A stretch of 64,000 nt of DNA from positions 62,001 through 126,000 of the forward strand of contig NEEC01000031.1 in assembly GCA_002189035.1 (NCBI GenBank), written 5' to 3'. Both the position numbers and the translations under genes were made by a program. Below the pieces are notes generated by a model, which was not told the origin of the DNA, did not search any database, and worked only from the letters and a program-made list of their open reading frames with translations. The number at the start of each line of letters is the position of its first letter. Positions within the stretch are counted from its first letter, which is position 1. Shown one piece after another: positions 1-13,001 of this stretch. The DNA is from Utricularia gibba. Lineage: Eukaryota > Plantae > Magnoliophyta.

Positions 1-984
1 CAATGTATGGAACCCTCATGTTCAAGGGCAAGAAGAATACAGTTCGGGTCAGTTGTGGCTTATTGCGCGCAGCGATGAAGACGATGTGGAAGCCATCGAG
101 GCCGGAATGCATGTAACTTTCCTGTACTTTGATCCCTTCTGAAAGCTTGCGAGCACCTGAACCCGTCGGTAAAACTGCAGGTGCATCCCAAACTCTATGG
201 AGATGACCGAACGAGACTCTTCATCCACTGGACTGTAAGCATAGTTGCCATGGATTAAACATTCATGTTTTTGTTTTTACAAGAAAAGGGGTGGCTGTTT
301 TCTCATCGTATACTTCTCTCAGACACGATCTTTGAATGGGCAGGTCGATCCTCTTCAAAGAACAGGGTGTTATAACTTGAAATGCTCAGGATTTGTTCAA
401 ATCAATTCAAAAGTCGCATTAGGGGGTCAACTGCATCCAGTTTCCACATACGATGGTGCACAGTATTTCTTCAGCTTGAACATATGGAGGGTTTGTCGGC
501 TTTTCGTGTTCCTTTTCTCCTATACTGCTCATCAAGACATCATATCATTTGAATGGAAATACGAGAACGAGAATGAAGTTATGGAATGGTTGTGTAACAG
601 GATGCGCGTACCAGAAACTGGTGGCTGAAATTCCAAAACTACGTGGTTGGATACTGGCCGGCGACTCTGTTCGACAAGTTCCCGACGGAGGCTACGAGTG
701 TGGAGTGGGGCGGTGAAGTTCTGGCGTCGGGCACCGGAGATGAACAGCACACCACCACTCAGATGGGAAGCGGCCACTTTCCGACAGAAGGCCACAGCAG
801 AGCAGCCTACATCAGAAAACTAGAGATCGTGGATAAGTCAGACAAGGTCCAGCCGTACAAGTACCAGGATTTGGATCTCCGAACGTATGACAATCTTTGC
901 TATGACGTGAAGTCTGGTTACAGCAACACCTTTCAGAACCATATCTACTTCGGAGGCCCCGGGAGAAATCCCAAATCCCCCTAG
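1..984 (+). CDS. Neprosin (DUF239) glutamic peptidase, copy 1, 5'-truncated by the window edge
   Basis: GT-AG exons <1-112, 181-234, 344-490, 601-984 give NVWNP..SSGQLW..AIEAGMH / [18 protein letters not shown] / TGCYNLKCSGFVQ / [38 protein letters not shown]. Both catalytic Glu motifs are present. Confidence 0.92.
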
Positions 985-1238
985 GGCTGACGTCATCATG
1001 ATAGTGATCAAATCGGCTTTCCAGTTTTTTTTTTTTTTTGAAAATTAATGCAGAATTCAAGGTTCAAATCTCAAAAGCGATTTATTTAAATAAAAAAGGA
1101 AAAATGTTACACAACCATAGGAAAAAAAAAATTGTAGTATAACAAGTAAATTTTTAAGGAAAATATCCATATTTATGATAGATTATAGATTTAGGATTGA
1201 TGTATAGAAAAATGGCATTACATACGACATTCATTAGA

Positions 1239-1264
1239 ATATATATATATATATATATATATAT
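1239..1264. repeat. (AT)13 microsatellite
   Basis: Direct reading of an uninterrupted AT run. Confidence 0.9.
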
Positions 1265-1588
1265 GCATCTGATTGTCAATGTAATTACATAAGATTTTTT
1301 CAAATATCATTTCAAACTCTACGTAAATAACTTGTGTTTTTTAACGTGGAAAAATAACCCGAATTCGTTATTCCTATAGCTCAAATTCATTTGATTCATT
1401 TAGAATCAATTTTCTAGGTTAAGATCCAGGTCAGCAAAAACCCTAGTCAAAGCTTAATTTAGCAAGAAAAATCTTATTGGTTTCAGTGTGGATTCAAAAT
1501 GGGGGATCAACATTAAATGAATTTAGGGCAGTCTCTTCAATAAATAAGTACAGTGGCTAACCAGGCCTAGCAACGAACAGAAGAACAA

Positions 1589-4365
1589 ATGAGAAGGCCG
1601 GCCTGGACGTCGTTTTGCTGCTGTTTTTTGTTCATAGCGACGGTGCTGCACGGCGGCGCCACCGCGGATCGGAATCCTGAAGTAGAAGAGCTCTTGGCCC
1701 GCCTGAACAAGCCTCATGTCAAGTCCATCAATGTATCGTCATAATTCAATTTAATTACCAGCAACAAATTCCAAAAAATAATAATAATGCAGAATAATTG
1801 GTTGATTTTTCACTTGAAGGAAGCGATTGGAACATGATTTTTGTATTGAAATCTGTAGGTTTCCAATGGAGATATCATCGATTGTGTGCCCATACTTCAA
1901 CAACTGCTTTCGATCATCCGTTGCTTAGAAACCACACCATTCAGGTATGCTTCTTCGGAAAACCGGATTGGATTCATTTTGTTTTTCCACGAAATTTCTT
2001 TAAATAAAATAGCTAGATATATTTTAATATAATCATAAAATTTAAGAAATAAAATTATCCTATATAATTTTATAAAACATAAAATTGATTAACTATTCAT
2101 TTATATCAATTTAGACTTTGAAAAATATCCATTTTTTATATTCATATTTATTGATAGTTTATAAATTGTATTTTTTCTAATAACTTTTTGATGAATATTC
2201 AGATTGTGTGAAACATTTTTAATTCATTCGATTTCAAATAACCTAAAATACAATATTTTCATTGACACTCTTTGTGAAATACCATATGACTACTCTCAAT
2301 TATCATGTTCATTCCATTGAGGATGTAATCTACTGTTATATTATTTTAGGTTAATTTAGTAGTCTGTGTGAAATTTTAATTATATGATTTAAAATAAACT
2401 ATAATTTATAAACTTAGATCTAAAATCTGTTTAGTACACAGATTAGATTATATTAAATCCTAAACCATCCATCAAATATCATCCAATTAGGGTTTTAGGA
2501 GATCATGTACCTATTTTTGTGAATATGAGTTTCACGTTTTTTGTCTCAATATCGTAGATGAGTCCTAGTAGCTATCCCAAAGGGTTGAACGAGGGCAGAT
2601 CGGGAGGAGGAACGACACCGAGCTGGCTCACGAATGAAAGTTGCCCTGAAGGAACTGTTCCGATACTTCGAACAAGAAGAGAAGATGTACTCAGAGCATC
2701 TTCAGTAGAGGGCTATGGCAGAAAAGCTCAACCCTCCGTGATCCCCGACGCAGCACCTCCTCTCCCAGATACGACTACCACCCATGAGGTATCTTCGGGA
2801 TCTGGTTCTCCTCCGATATGTGATGTTTGGACGACGCGGTGCATTTGTTTTTGTTTCTCCAGTTCGCAATAGCGATCTCCAAACGGGGCGTTTATCAAGG
2901 AGCCAGTGCAGGGATCAATATATGGAATCCCCACGTTCAAGTGGCGCAAGAACGCAGTGGAGTACAGATCTCGATTATTGCACGCGACCCTGATTCTCAT
3001 ACTATCGAGGCTGGGTTCCATGTAAGAAGAATCACTCACAACTCACAAGTTCGATTAATCTTTTTCTTCTGAGAGGACGAAGGACCAGGACTGGCTTCAA
3101 ACTACTCCGATGTGGGATGATAATGTTTATGATGACAATGCAGGTCTACCCGATAATGTACGGAGATCGTAAAACCAGATTCTTCGTCCACTGGACTGTG
3201 AGCTTCCCCGCCTTTTTCCATGTTCAAGTCAATAAGACTTTAATCTGATATACAGGGTTTTAAATGGGCAGAAAGCCGGTAGAAAAGTTACAGGGTGTTT
3301 TAACTTGAAATGCCCCGGGTTTGTTCAAACCAGTCGGACTGTCCTTTTAGGGGCTTACATAGATCCCATTTCTGTATACAACGGTGAACAATTTAAGCTC
3401 AACATAAACATATGGAAGGTTTGCTGCCTTTTTCTTCCCTACTACATTGCAAATCGCATTCTCCTTCGTCCTCCCGTCGAGTAAAATCATGATTCAGTTC
3501 AGTTAAAAAAACGTGACAGGATCCGTATACCGCAAACTGGTGGCTGACGGTGGAGAATGATGTGGTGGGATACTGGCCGTCGACCTTTTTCAGCAAGCTA
3601 AGCCGAGGGGCGGAGTCGGTCGTCTGGGGCGGCGAAGTGATCAACTGGAAGGCCGGATTTCAGCATACGACCACTGAGATGGGAAGCGGACACTTTCCGG
3701 TGGAGGGATTGAAAAGGGCGGCACACATGTCCAAACTCCAGGTCATCGATGGGGCTCACAGAGTGCATCCGTATCCGTACGCGGACTTGCTGCTCAAAAT
3801 GCATAATTCTCATTGCTACTCGGTGATCGCCGATCACAACGAAGATTTTGAAAACCACATCTACTACGGCGGCCCTGGGAGGACACTGATGGGTCCCTCC
3901 ACCTGGGGCCCACACACAAAAAAAAAGAAAAAAAAAGAAAGTAGTTGGTGCACGGGGGTTGGTGTGCCAACCCAAGGTGTGCGCTCCCCTCTAGCTCTCC
4001 CTCACAATACACATACAACAGTTAGAAAAACTCTAAAGCCTATTAGGTGTTTTGAATGATTTTTCGGTTTCGGAGGGTAGAATAGTAAAAGAAGAAAGAT
4101 AGTATTCTTTCATATTTATGTTTCTCGTCCGATAGAGTTTTTAGGGAGAGCGTAGAAAGAGAGGGTAAAATCCGATAGTTTACCGAGGTAAATATCTTTG
4201 TATTCACTGTGGTAAATAGTGAATTTCTCTAGGAGTTGAGTGTGGACGTAACCCTTATTTTGTGGTGAACCACGTTAAATCTCAGTGTCTTTTTCTTGAT
4301 TTTTGCGGTCAATTTTATTGTCTGATATCAACTACGCACAACAGACACCTAGGTGCCCTATCTAA
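1589..4365 (+). pseudogene. Neprosin copy 2, disrupted by a solo LTR in the last exon and an apparent -1 frameshift in exon 2
   Basis: Exons 1589-1732 (signal peptide MRRPAWTSFCCCFLF..RLNKP), 1859-1944 (86 nt versus 87 in copies 3 and 4), 2558-2788, 2863-3021, 3144-3197, 3272-3418, 3520-3886 plus 4349-4365. Removing the LTR and one TSD restores GGPGRTPRCPI*. Confidence 0.8.
3887..4343 (+). mobile_element. Solo LTR, probably Ty1/Copia type
   Basis: Starts TGATG and ends CAACA. Perfect 5-bp TSD GACAC at 3882-3886 and 4344-4348. Internal GTGGACGTAACC..GGTGAACCACGTTAAATC resembles Copia LTR U5 segments (recollection). No PBS or internal domain follows the 3' end. Confidence 0.9.
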
Positions 4366-5028
4366 TAATAAGAGTTCCGAAATCTGTGTTTGTAATAAAC
4401 GGATTGGATTGTTAACTGTAGTGTCTTCTATGGAAGTTGTCCGAATCAATTATCCGACTTTTTAAAAAAAAAAATGTTTTCGGATGAAATCATGAAAATT
4501 AATACAGAAATTCGAAACACTATCTCGAACAGGCATCTGTATTGGAGGATCGACGGGGCTCTATTATATGTTTAAATTACTTGAAACTTGAATTTACTTT
4601 GTAATAATTTACAATTTTGGTAATTTTATTAATAAGTTAGTACTGCTTTTTGTCGTTTCTGAATTCGCTATAATTCATGTTAGTATCCAGACAAGATAGG
4701 GAGGTACTTGGAGTTTTACAATCTACTATTTTTATAATTAATTTTTTCTGTTTTTTATTTTTATGGAAGCCAATTCTTTTAATCAGTTTTTAAAATTTAT
4801 CTTATTTATGACGTCTGAAATAGTATTATTTTTTAATTTCCTCCGAGAAATGGCTTATTTTCCTTTGAATCCTAATGGGAAGTATTCCCAGAAGGAAGAA
4901 ATCCACATGCATCAAGGTAGACTTTGAATGGGGATAAATTTGATTAATAAAATTTCCAATAGAAAAAAAAAGGCAACAAATTCAAATGGTAAGTCTATGG
5001 CTTGCTTTGGGTACATATCCTCCCCTTG

Positions 5029-5035
5029 TATAAAT
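5029..5035 (+). promoter_or_regulatory. TATA box of neprosin copy 3
   Basis: TATAAAT about 45 nt upstream of the ATG. The same position carries TATAAAT in copy 4 (7714-7720) and the degenerate AATAAAT in copy 2 (about 1539-1545). Confidence 0.6.
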
Positions 5036-5075
5036 AAGCGCTGTGGGTGAACCGAGTCCTGCAATGAGCTGCAGA

Positions 5076-6938
5076 ATGAAGGCGGCCTCAGTTGCTGTGC
5101 TGCTGTCTGCTGTTCATATCGACGGCGCTCCGCTCTGACGCCTCCGTGGATCGGAATCTTGAAGTGGAGAAGGTGCTGGCTCGGTTGAACAAGCCTTCTG
5201 TCAAGTCCATCAGTGTATCTCATCTTCCACCGAATACTCTTCCATTCTTCGCCTGTATATGTGGGCGGTGATCGCAGCGTGATGATGAACTGTGCAGGTT
5301 CCGGATGGAGATACCATCGACTGTGTTCGTGTTCTCGACCAACCGGCCTTTGATCATCCCCTGCTTCGGAATCATACCATCCAGGCATGTGCTCTTTGAA
5401 AACCGAAATGCATTTGACTAGATGAAGAGAAAACTGCAGGAACTAGAATGAGAGAATGGTGATCACTTGAACACTTTGCAAGTTTATAGGCGAGGAGTGA
5501 TTATTCTACATGTCTTATATTTCTAGGACATTCAAGAACCTTCTAGAATATTAAGGGTGTTCTTAGCATACTTCTAGGTTAAACTTTTAAACGTGTCAGA
5601 ATTAGAACAAGTTAGATGAAACGCATTATTGTTCTTGGATCAAATGTTGCAGATGGGTCCTAGTAGTTATCCCACGGGAGTGGATGAAACTGAAAGCCAA
5701 GTGGGAGGAGAGATAGGCCAAGATTGGCATGCGTACGGAAGTTGCCCGGAAGGAACAATTCCAATACTAAGAACAAGAAGGGAAGAGGTACTCCGAGCAT
5801 CTTCTCCGGAGGCATATGGCAAAAAGCCCTTGAACTCCTTTAGGGTTCAGCCCAATAACGACGGGTTAGCCCCACGATAGAGGTATTCTGAGACCCCCTT
5901 TTTACGCATGGTTTCGATGCGGAATACTCAGTGCTGGTTACCTTTCAGAACGCCATGGGATGGTCCGCAGATGGCTCGTACCAAGGAGGAAATGGGTGGA
6001 TAAATGTATGGAACCCTCTGGTTCAAGAGCATGAGTACAGTTCCTCACAGATGTGGCTCGTCGCGTTCGGCAGCCAAGCCGAAGCTATTGAGTCGGGAGT
6101 GCACGTAAGGCGGTCGTCTCAACTTTTGTTCTTCTTATAAAAAGAATATTCCGGTGGGGTGAGTGAATATCTGTGGTCGTACTCTTTCTTCTGACATACA
6201 GGTGTATCCGGAACTGTACGGAAGTAACAAGACGAGACTGTTCATCCACTGGACTGTGAGAATTGTCATGAATTCAATGCTTTCTTTTTCCGATTTGTTT
6301 TCCGGTCGAATACCAACAATTTTTTTTTTCGGGAACTTGCAGATAGACGCTCTGGATCAAACGGGTTGCTTCAACTTGAAGTGCTCCGGATTTATCCAAA
6401 CCAATAGGAAAGTCGCTCTAGGGGCTGTTGTGCATCCACTTTCTGTAACCAACGGCCCACAGTATTACGTCAGGATAAGGATTTTCAAGGTCTGGACCCG
6501 CCATGGATTCCGTGTTACAACTCACTTCATTTACTGACGGAATCCAATAAACAGGATCGGAAAACATCCAACTGGTGGATGCAATTCCAAAACACGGTGC
6601 TGGGATACTGGCCGTCGTCGCTCTTCAACCTTCTGGTCCCCGGCGCTCAGAACGTGAACTGGGGCGGCGAAGTGATCAACACCAAGGTCGGGGGACGCCA
6701 CACGACAACGCAGATGGGGAGCGGGCAGTTTCCCTTCTTCGGACACACGAGAGCCGGGTACATCGGAAGGCTCGAAGTCATCGATGAGACCTTCACCAGT
6801 AAGCCGTACGGCGTCAGGCGGTTGAAGCTCAAGGCGTTCGACTTTCAATGCTACGATATTTATAAGCTCTACAAGGAAGATGACATGGAGAACCAGATCT
6901 ACTTTGGAGGCCCGGGGAGAAACCATCGCTGCCCCTAG
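5076..6938 (+). CDS. Neprosin copy 3; the ATG is out of frame and there is an apparent -1 lesion at the end of exon 3 (gene or pseudogene unresolved)
   Basis: Exons about 5076-5214, 5298-5384 (GC donor at 5385), 5653-5882 (230 nt versus 231 in copy 2), then [33 protein letters not shown] and a last exon ending [10 protein letters not shown] at 6938. The homologous frame [12 protein letters not shown] is preceded by TGA at 5077-5079. Confidence 0.8.
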
Positions 6939-7761
6939 TACGGTACGGAAACCCTAATTCTTGCAGTTATCATTTTAATAATCGGGGCACTGAAATTGTC
7001 CACTGCATCAATGATCCTATACTTTTTTTCTGGTTTATTTTCCCATAATTTATCCACACAAAAAACACGTTATGACAGACTTGTCCAAACGACATCGTTT
7101 GAATGTCTATGGAAACCCTAATCGCAGTTAGATGACATATGTTTTGTCAAAAATTTTTATTATTCAAATTTAATTTACATGAATTCAACTAAAAAATATT
7201 ATAAAAAACGATATGATCTCTAAAGAATTCATCGTTTCCACATTCCAAAAAAAAAGAAAATGTTACACAAAAAAATCATTTATATTTCCAAGTATGAATT
7301 ACTTCCATATATTAAAAGGAGTACACACCAATTTACCCCTAAAAAAATCATTTTTCGATAATTTATTAAAAAATGGATTTTGAAAGCATAGAACCAAATA
7401 AAATCTTAAATTTTAGGGGTTTTTTTTCGATATTTGAGGTTAATGAGTATTCAATGAATTGTTTTGTACCTATCTTTTGTAATATTCACATTAAAAAAAG
7501 ATTTGAACAGTATAAATGATAATGGCTGGATATTTGGTCCACGTATCAAATCCTTAGACATTGAAAATCAGTTTAATTTTTTCCGCGTAATTAGTGATTT
7601 TTTAATTTGATTTCCATGCTTTAATTTTTTATAGAAATGCGTATTGGATAAGATTATAAAAATGTAAATTGCAATAAAGTAAAATTCCCAGTAAATGTTT
7701 GTGACAAATACAGTATAAATAGTGAATCACGCACTCGCTGTGGCTGAGCGAGTGGATCAGC

Positions 7762-9455
7762 ATGGCGAGGAGCTGTGTGTTGTTCTTCTACTGCTGTTTT
7801 CTGTTGGCATCGGCGCTGCCGCGTTCCTCCCCCGCCTCCGATGGGAGCCTCGAAGTTGAGATGTTGCTGGCGCGGCTGAACAAGCCTTATGTCAAGACCA
7901 TAAACGTTATCACCTTTCTTTCTTTACAGTTGCACATTTCATTACTAGTTGGCATGTTGTGAAGGTGATCACAAGCTTACAGTTTTGCCGAAAAAAATGC
8001 AGAGTTCGGACGGGGACATCATCGACTGCGTTGATATTCTTCGGCAGGCGGCTTTCGATCATCCTTTGCTTCAGAACCACACCATTCAGGTGTTGTGTGA
8101 TCATCTGGAACAGCGTTTCCATCTTGTGGATGACTGTTTCGTGTATGCTGGATGTTGCAGTTGAGTCCAAGTGTGTATTCAGAAGAAGTGAATACGAGCA
8201 CAAGTGGAGTGCAAGTAACCCAAATTTGGAACAAGAACGGGAGCTGCCCTAAAGGAACAGTCCCTATACTCAGGACAAGAAGAGAGGATGTGGTTAGAGC
8301 AAGATCCTTGGATGCCTACGGTATGAAAGATCCGGCTTCAGTAAACGCATTCCGTAGTCGACTCACCGATCGCACTGGCCATGAGGTACATTTCCACGAT
8401 ATTTGAAGCATTATCAGTCCATCTTCTGAGTGATGACGCATCGTGCTCCTTCATGTCCAGTACGCATTCGGCGCAGTTGAAGGCGGCAGATACTTTGGAG
8501 CAAAGGGCTACTTCGACGTGTGGAACCCTGACGTCCAAGGGCTACAAGAATTCTCACTAGCTCAAATCTGGGTCGTTGCAGGCCATGACCCTTCTGTGAA
8601 TACAGTAGAGGCAGGATGGCAGGTACAAATACAGCAAATGTATTAGAATTTGTGGCAAACACTGCCTTCAAATCTCTTACAAGGGTTTGATCATGGGTAC
8701 TCCATAGGTCTCTCCAGCTACATATGGAGACCATCAAACAAGATTCTTCATCTATTGGACTGTGAGGATCACTAAGCGTCTACTTCTTTTAGTTTTTTTT
8801 TTCGACATTATTATGAATGATGGTGTATTTTTGCTTCTGTCGAAATTTCGAAACTGCAGAGTGATGGGTATCAGAATACAGGATGCTACAACTTGAGATG
8901 CTCTGGATTTGTTCAGAGAAGCACGAAGTTTGTTCCTGGCGCAGCCATATCCCCTGTTTCCACCTACGACGGTGCACAATTCGAGATAGGCATAAAGATA
9001 TGGAAGGTGATGTTCCTACTAAAACATCTCCTGATTTTCATCAAGACTGAATCCGTAAGAGATCGTATTAACAGGATCCCCACACTAGAAATTGGTGGCT
9101 GCAAGTGAATAACGAGCCTATGGGGTACTGGCCAAATGAGCTGTTCAATTCTCTGCACGATTTCGGGAGCCTGGTGGAATGGGGCGGAGAGGTGACCAAC
9201 TTTCGGCCCGGCGGCGGTGTTCAACACACCACTACTCAAATGGGAAGCGGCCATTTTCCTGAGTTGGGAATCAGGAAGGCGGCATACGTCAGAAACCTTG
9301 AGATCGCTGATAGTTCGGCCAAGTGGAGGCCGATCAAGCCTCAGGCATGGCTCCAAAGTGCAAGTGGCTGTTACAGAGTGAAGTATCGCTACAACAATGC
9401 TTATGAAAACCATATCTACTACGGAGGCCCTGGGAGAAACCCCGGTTGTCCTTAG
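7762..9455 (+). CDS. Neprosin copy 4, intact with canonical motifs
   Basis: Seven exons in frame: signal peptide, pro-domain ([25 protein letters not shown]) and catalytic domain ([37 protein letters not shown]). Confidence 0.95.
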
Positions 9456-9840
9456 GATCATTCAAGCTGTTTGAAATGGAGAAAACTACTCCAGTTCCCT
9501 TCAAATGTTAATTCTCGATATTGACATGATGTCCTGTCTTTTGACATTCAAAAGATCACGCGGAATGAAAATTCAAGGCTAATAAAAGCATTTCTGAAAG
9601 ACAAGAAAGATAAAAAAAAAGTCTTTATTGTACCAGAAATATGGGCGAGGAAGAGACAACAAGTTACAGAACAGGGACCCCTATTTTATCAAGATGTCCT
9701 ACCTGTGGGTCAGAGAATATGGCTCGAAAGTGTGGGCAGCTTCGTTTCTTTTGGTAGCCTCTTGCCCAAGACAAACTTGGTCGCCGAGCCACTTGGTATC
9801 TGTGACAACTTGGCAACGTAGAACTCACTGATGGATTGCT

Positions 9841-12326
9841 CTAAAGGAAGTAATCGGGTGTCCTTCGAGTCACATCTGGTTCTCCCCTCCTTGGAGCTGG
9901 CTCAAACTGCAAAGATGAACAAGCGGCAAAGAGTTGAAGTTTTATGTGTTTATGGAAGTCGAGGGAGATCTTTATGGAACCTGAATAAAGGTGTGATCTC
10001 TGCAATCATCTACTTCAAGGATTGATGCCATGTTCCCACAGCGATAGCAGTAGTTTGGAGCACTGAAAATGGTGACTACTTTTTGCTCCTGCATTTCCAC
10101 AGATTTATCATAAATGTCATATTACGATAGATGGTAAACAGTCACAGGTGAACACAGAAACAATGGTGATAATACATGGGCCCAGTTGTATCCCTCCATC
10201 ACCAGCTGATGAGCTCTAGCAATTAACTTCAAGTTGTTGGTGTGATTGAATTGCTCAGATATATCCTGGGAATGTGAAGGAAGGTTATGCCGATTGAGAA
10301 GTAACTTGTGAGGAATAATGGTAAAACTGGTGGAATTGAGTGAAGGTACCTGGCCAAAAGTGTATCCAGCACCACGAGGTGAGATACCCCAACCACAACG
10401 ATCATCTGGATCCGACCATAGCAAATCACACATTGGGCCTTCGTGAGGGACCTCTTGTACACGATCAAAGTTTCTTATATTATCAAGGGTTTCAACCGAG
10501 GGAGACAGGCCCCCATGGAGACAAAATATTTCAGATTCAACCTACATGGAGTAAAAATGCAACAATTGAAGGACAGCTGGAAGCTGAACATAAAGAGTTC
10601 TTTATAAGCCAATTGCCAAATTTAGAAAGCATTATATACACGTAAATCATTGAAATAAAGAGTTCAACTAACCAATGCGGTCAAGGGGAAATAATCAAAG
10701 AGGTCGGTGAATATTTTCCACACATTTGCATTTCCATACCTGTGATTGGTATTGGGAAGTTATTAGTGTTCAGTCCTGACAACTACAGGAAACATGGCAA
10801 AGGAGCAATAAGGCTAAACATATGACTTAATACTTTAACTGGTTTGCAGGCAACACAATGAGAAACTAATCAATACAAACTTCCAATGCTTGCCTCAACA
10901 AAGACGCATTAAAAGAAATAAAGAACGTGTTCCCATATAAAACATGTTATTTACCAAGTGACACTCCTTCAAATTCAAAATATGTCACTAGATAAAGTGC
11001 CAAAAGATTATCAGGTGAATGATAGGAGCAACTCACTTCCGCAGACATTCATCATAGAAACCATACACTTGTGTTATCTGAAAAACAAAGAACTGTGATC
11101 AATCCAGTGAACATTTGGAAGGAGTTCACAATAAGCAAAATCAGCGAAGGGAAGAGAAAAGGTCTCTCCAGTGTCATCGCACCTGTCTACTCTCATGGTT
11201 GCCTCTAAGAATAGTGATCCTCTGTGAGTATCGTACTTTTAAGGCGACTAAAAGCTGCAAAAAAGTTGGCTCATCATAATTGTATCTTCACATCCCACCA
11301 ACCATTTCCTCTCCACAGGCAAGAAAAAAGGGTGAGGTATACGGAAAACCTAAAAATTAACGACCCAACACTTACAGTAACAGTTTCAACAGAATAGTAG
11401 CCACGATCAACATAATCTCCCATGAAGAGATAATTAGTATCCGGGCACTGTCAACAGCACAATAAATGGAAATGAATCAATCAATTATTGATAGCCAAGA
11501 AGAGGCCATCATGATGTAAAATGAAAAATGGACAGGATCTTATCATTACACAGATGCTGTGGTACCTTTCCCCCAATTCGAAAAAGTTCAGCAAGATCAT
11601 GAAACTGGCCATGGATATCACCACAAATCGTCACCGGACTTTTCACGGGCTGCACATGGTAAGAACATGCTTAATATAGTATTGTAAGAAGAATAACACA
11701 AATTCACTCAGAAACGCCCAAATGAATACTAGAAGTAGCGACAAGAATCCACCTTCAGCTTCTCAAAAATTATCTGAGGGAAAGAAGGAGCTCATACCTG
11801 AACATTGCTTTCCTCCATTAGTATCTCCTTTGCCTTCTCACACAAGGCCCGTACCTATGCTTACAAAAATGATCAGCGTTCAGACATAAGCATCGCGTCG
11901 GTTAACCCAACCAAGAATTAATCAGAGATAGTCCAAAAAAAGGATAACTTCGCATGCTTAACACTTAAATCAATTGACTGACTTGTAAAAGGAAACATGC
12001 AGTTTCCCTCCCACGAACACGAATCAATTGCCTAGAATTAACATCAAGAAGCAACATTTCGAATGTAAAACCAACACCGAAAAATCCCCCAAATCAACTG
12101 AAACCCCATGAAAAAAGTTTAATCCAACACAAGATACGGTCACCCAATCCCTAGATCTATCGGAATCAGAACCCAATCCATTGAAACCACAATAACAAAA
12201 GAATTAACGACGACAAAACTTTAATTACACAACCTCGGGCTCGGACAAGGGCTTGCACTGCATGAGCTGCGAAATCTGCTCGTCCAGGTTCCCATGGGTG
12301 CTCGAAGCCACCAGATCTGCGCTCAT
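9841..12326 (-). CDS. PP2AC: Protein phosphatase 2A catalytic subunit (PP2A-3/4-like subfamily II)
   Basis: Spliced [73 protein letters not shown]. All exons traced in frame. Confidence 0.97.
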
Positions 12327-12569
12327 CTCCCCTCGATTTAAAAGACCTACCTCAAATATTCACCCCTCCTCTCCTAACATGCGTTCGAATCCGAGCAAAA
12401 AGACGATACTTGGGTGGGAACTGGGAAACCAGATTGATTCTACCCCCAAAAAAAAAAAAAGGAAAAGAAAAAAAATCCACGAAAATGAAGGAATAGATTA
12501 AAATGGGAAAAAATCAAAAATCAAATATTCAACGAAAATGAGGTTTACATAAAATACAAAAATGCTGGA

Positions 12570-12658
12570 TGACGTGGAATTCAATAATGGACTGGAGGCC
12601 CTTTCAAGGCTTCATCACTCGCTCTCCCCAGGCCCATTTCGACAACTTTCCAGGCCCA
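12570..12658. promoter_or_regulatory. Bidirectional PP2A/RING promoter elements
   Basis: TGACGT at 12570 and two site-II GGCCCA motifs at 12631 and 12653 in the 675-bp gap between the divergent ATGs. Confidence 0.4.
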
Positions 12659-13001
12659 CTTTTATCTGCCTGACTTTGATGTGTTATTTTTAACGATTTT
12701 TTTTTATCCGGTTGAAATTTTAATTATTTTAAACATAATTTATTTGACGTTTTTAAGTTCATAATATTTGAAATAATTTATTTCTTCAATTTTTGGACCT
12801 CTATTTTGTTGTATTTAATTATTAAAAAAAAAGAAAAGAAAAGCAAACTTTACTGAAGCTGATAAGAACCGAGGACTTCCGAAAAAGGCCCTACCAGCTA
12901 CCTACGGTCTACTGGCGCAGATTCCGCCCCGAGCTAGGAAGCTTCCCAATCCGGACCATCTCGCCTAACGCCGGCAAACCATCGCCGTCGTCGCTGCCGT
13001 C

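Noticed and set aside
12383-12391. tRNA B-box-like GTTCGAATC
   Set aside because: No A-box or cloverleaf; lies in the PP2A 5' leader.
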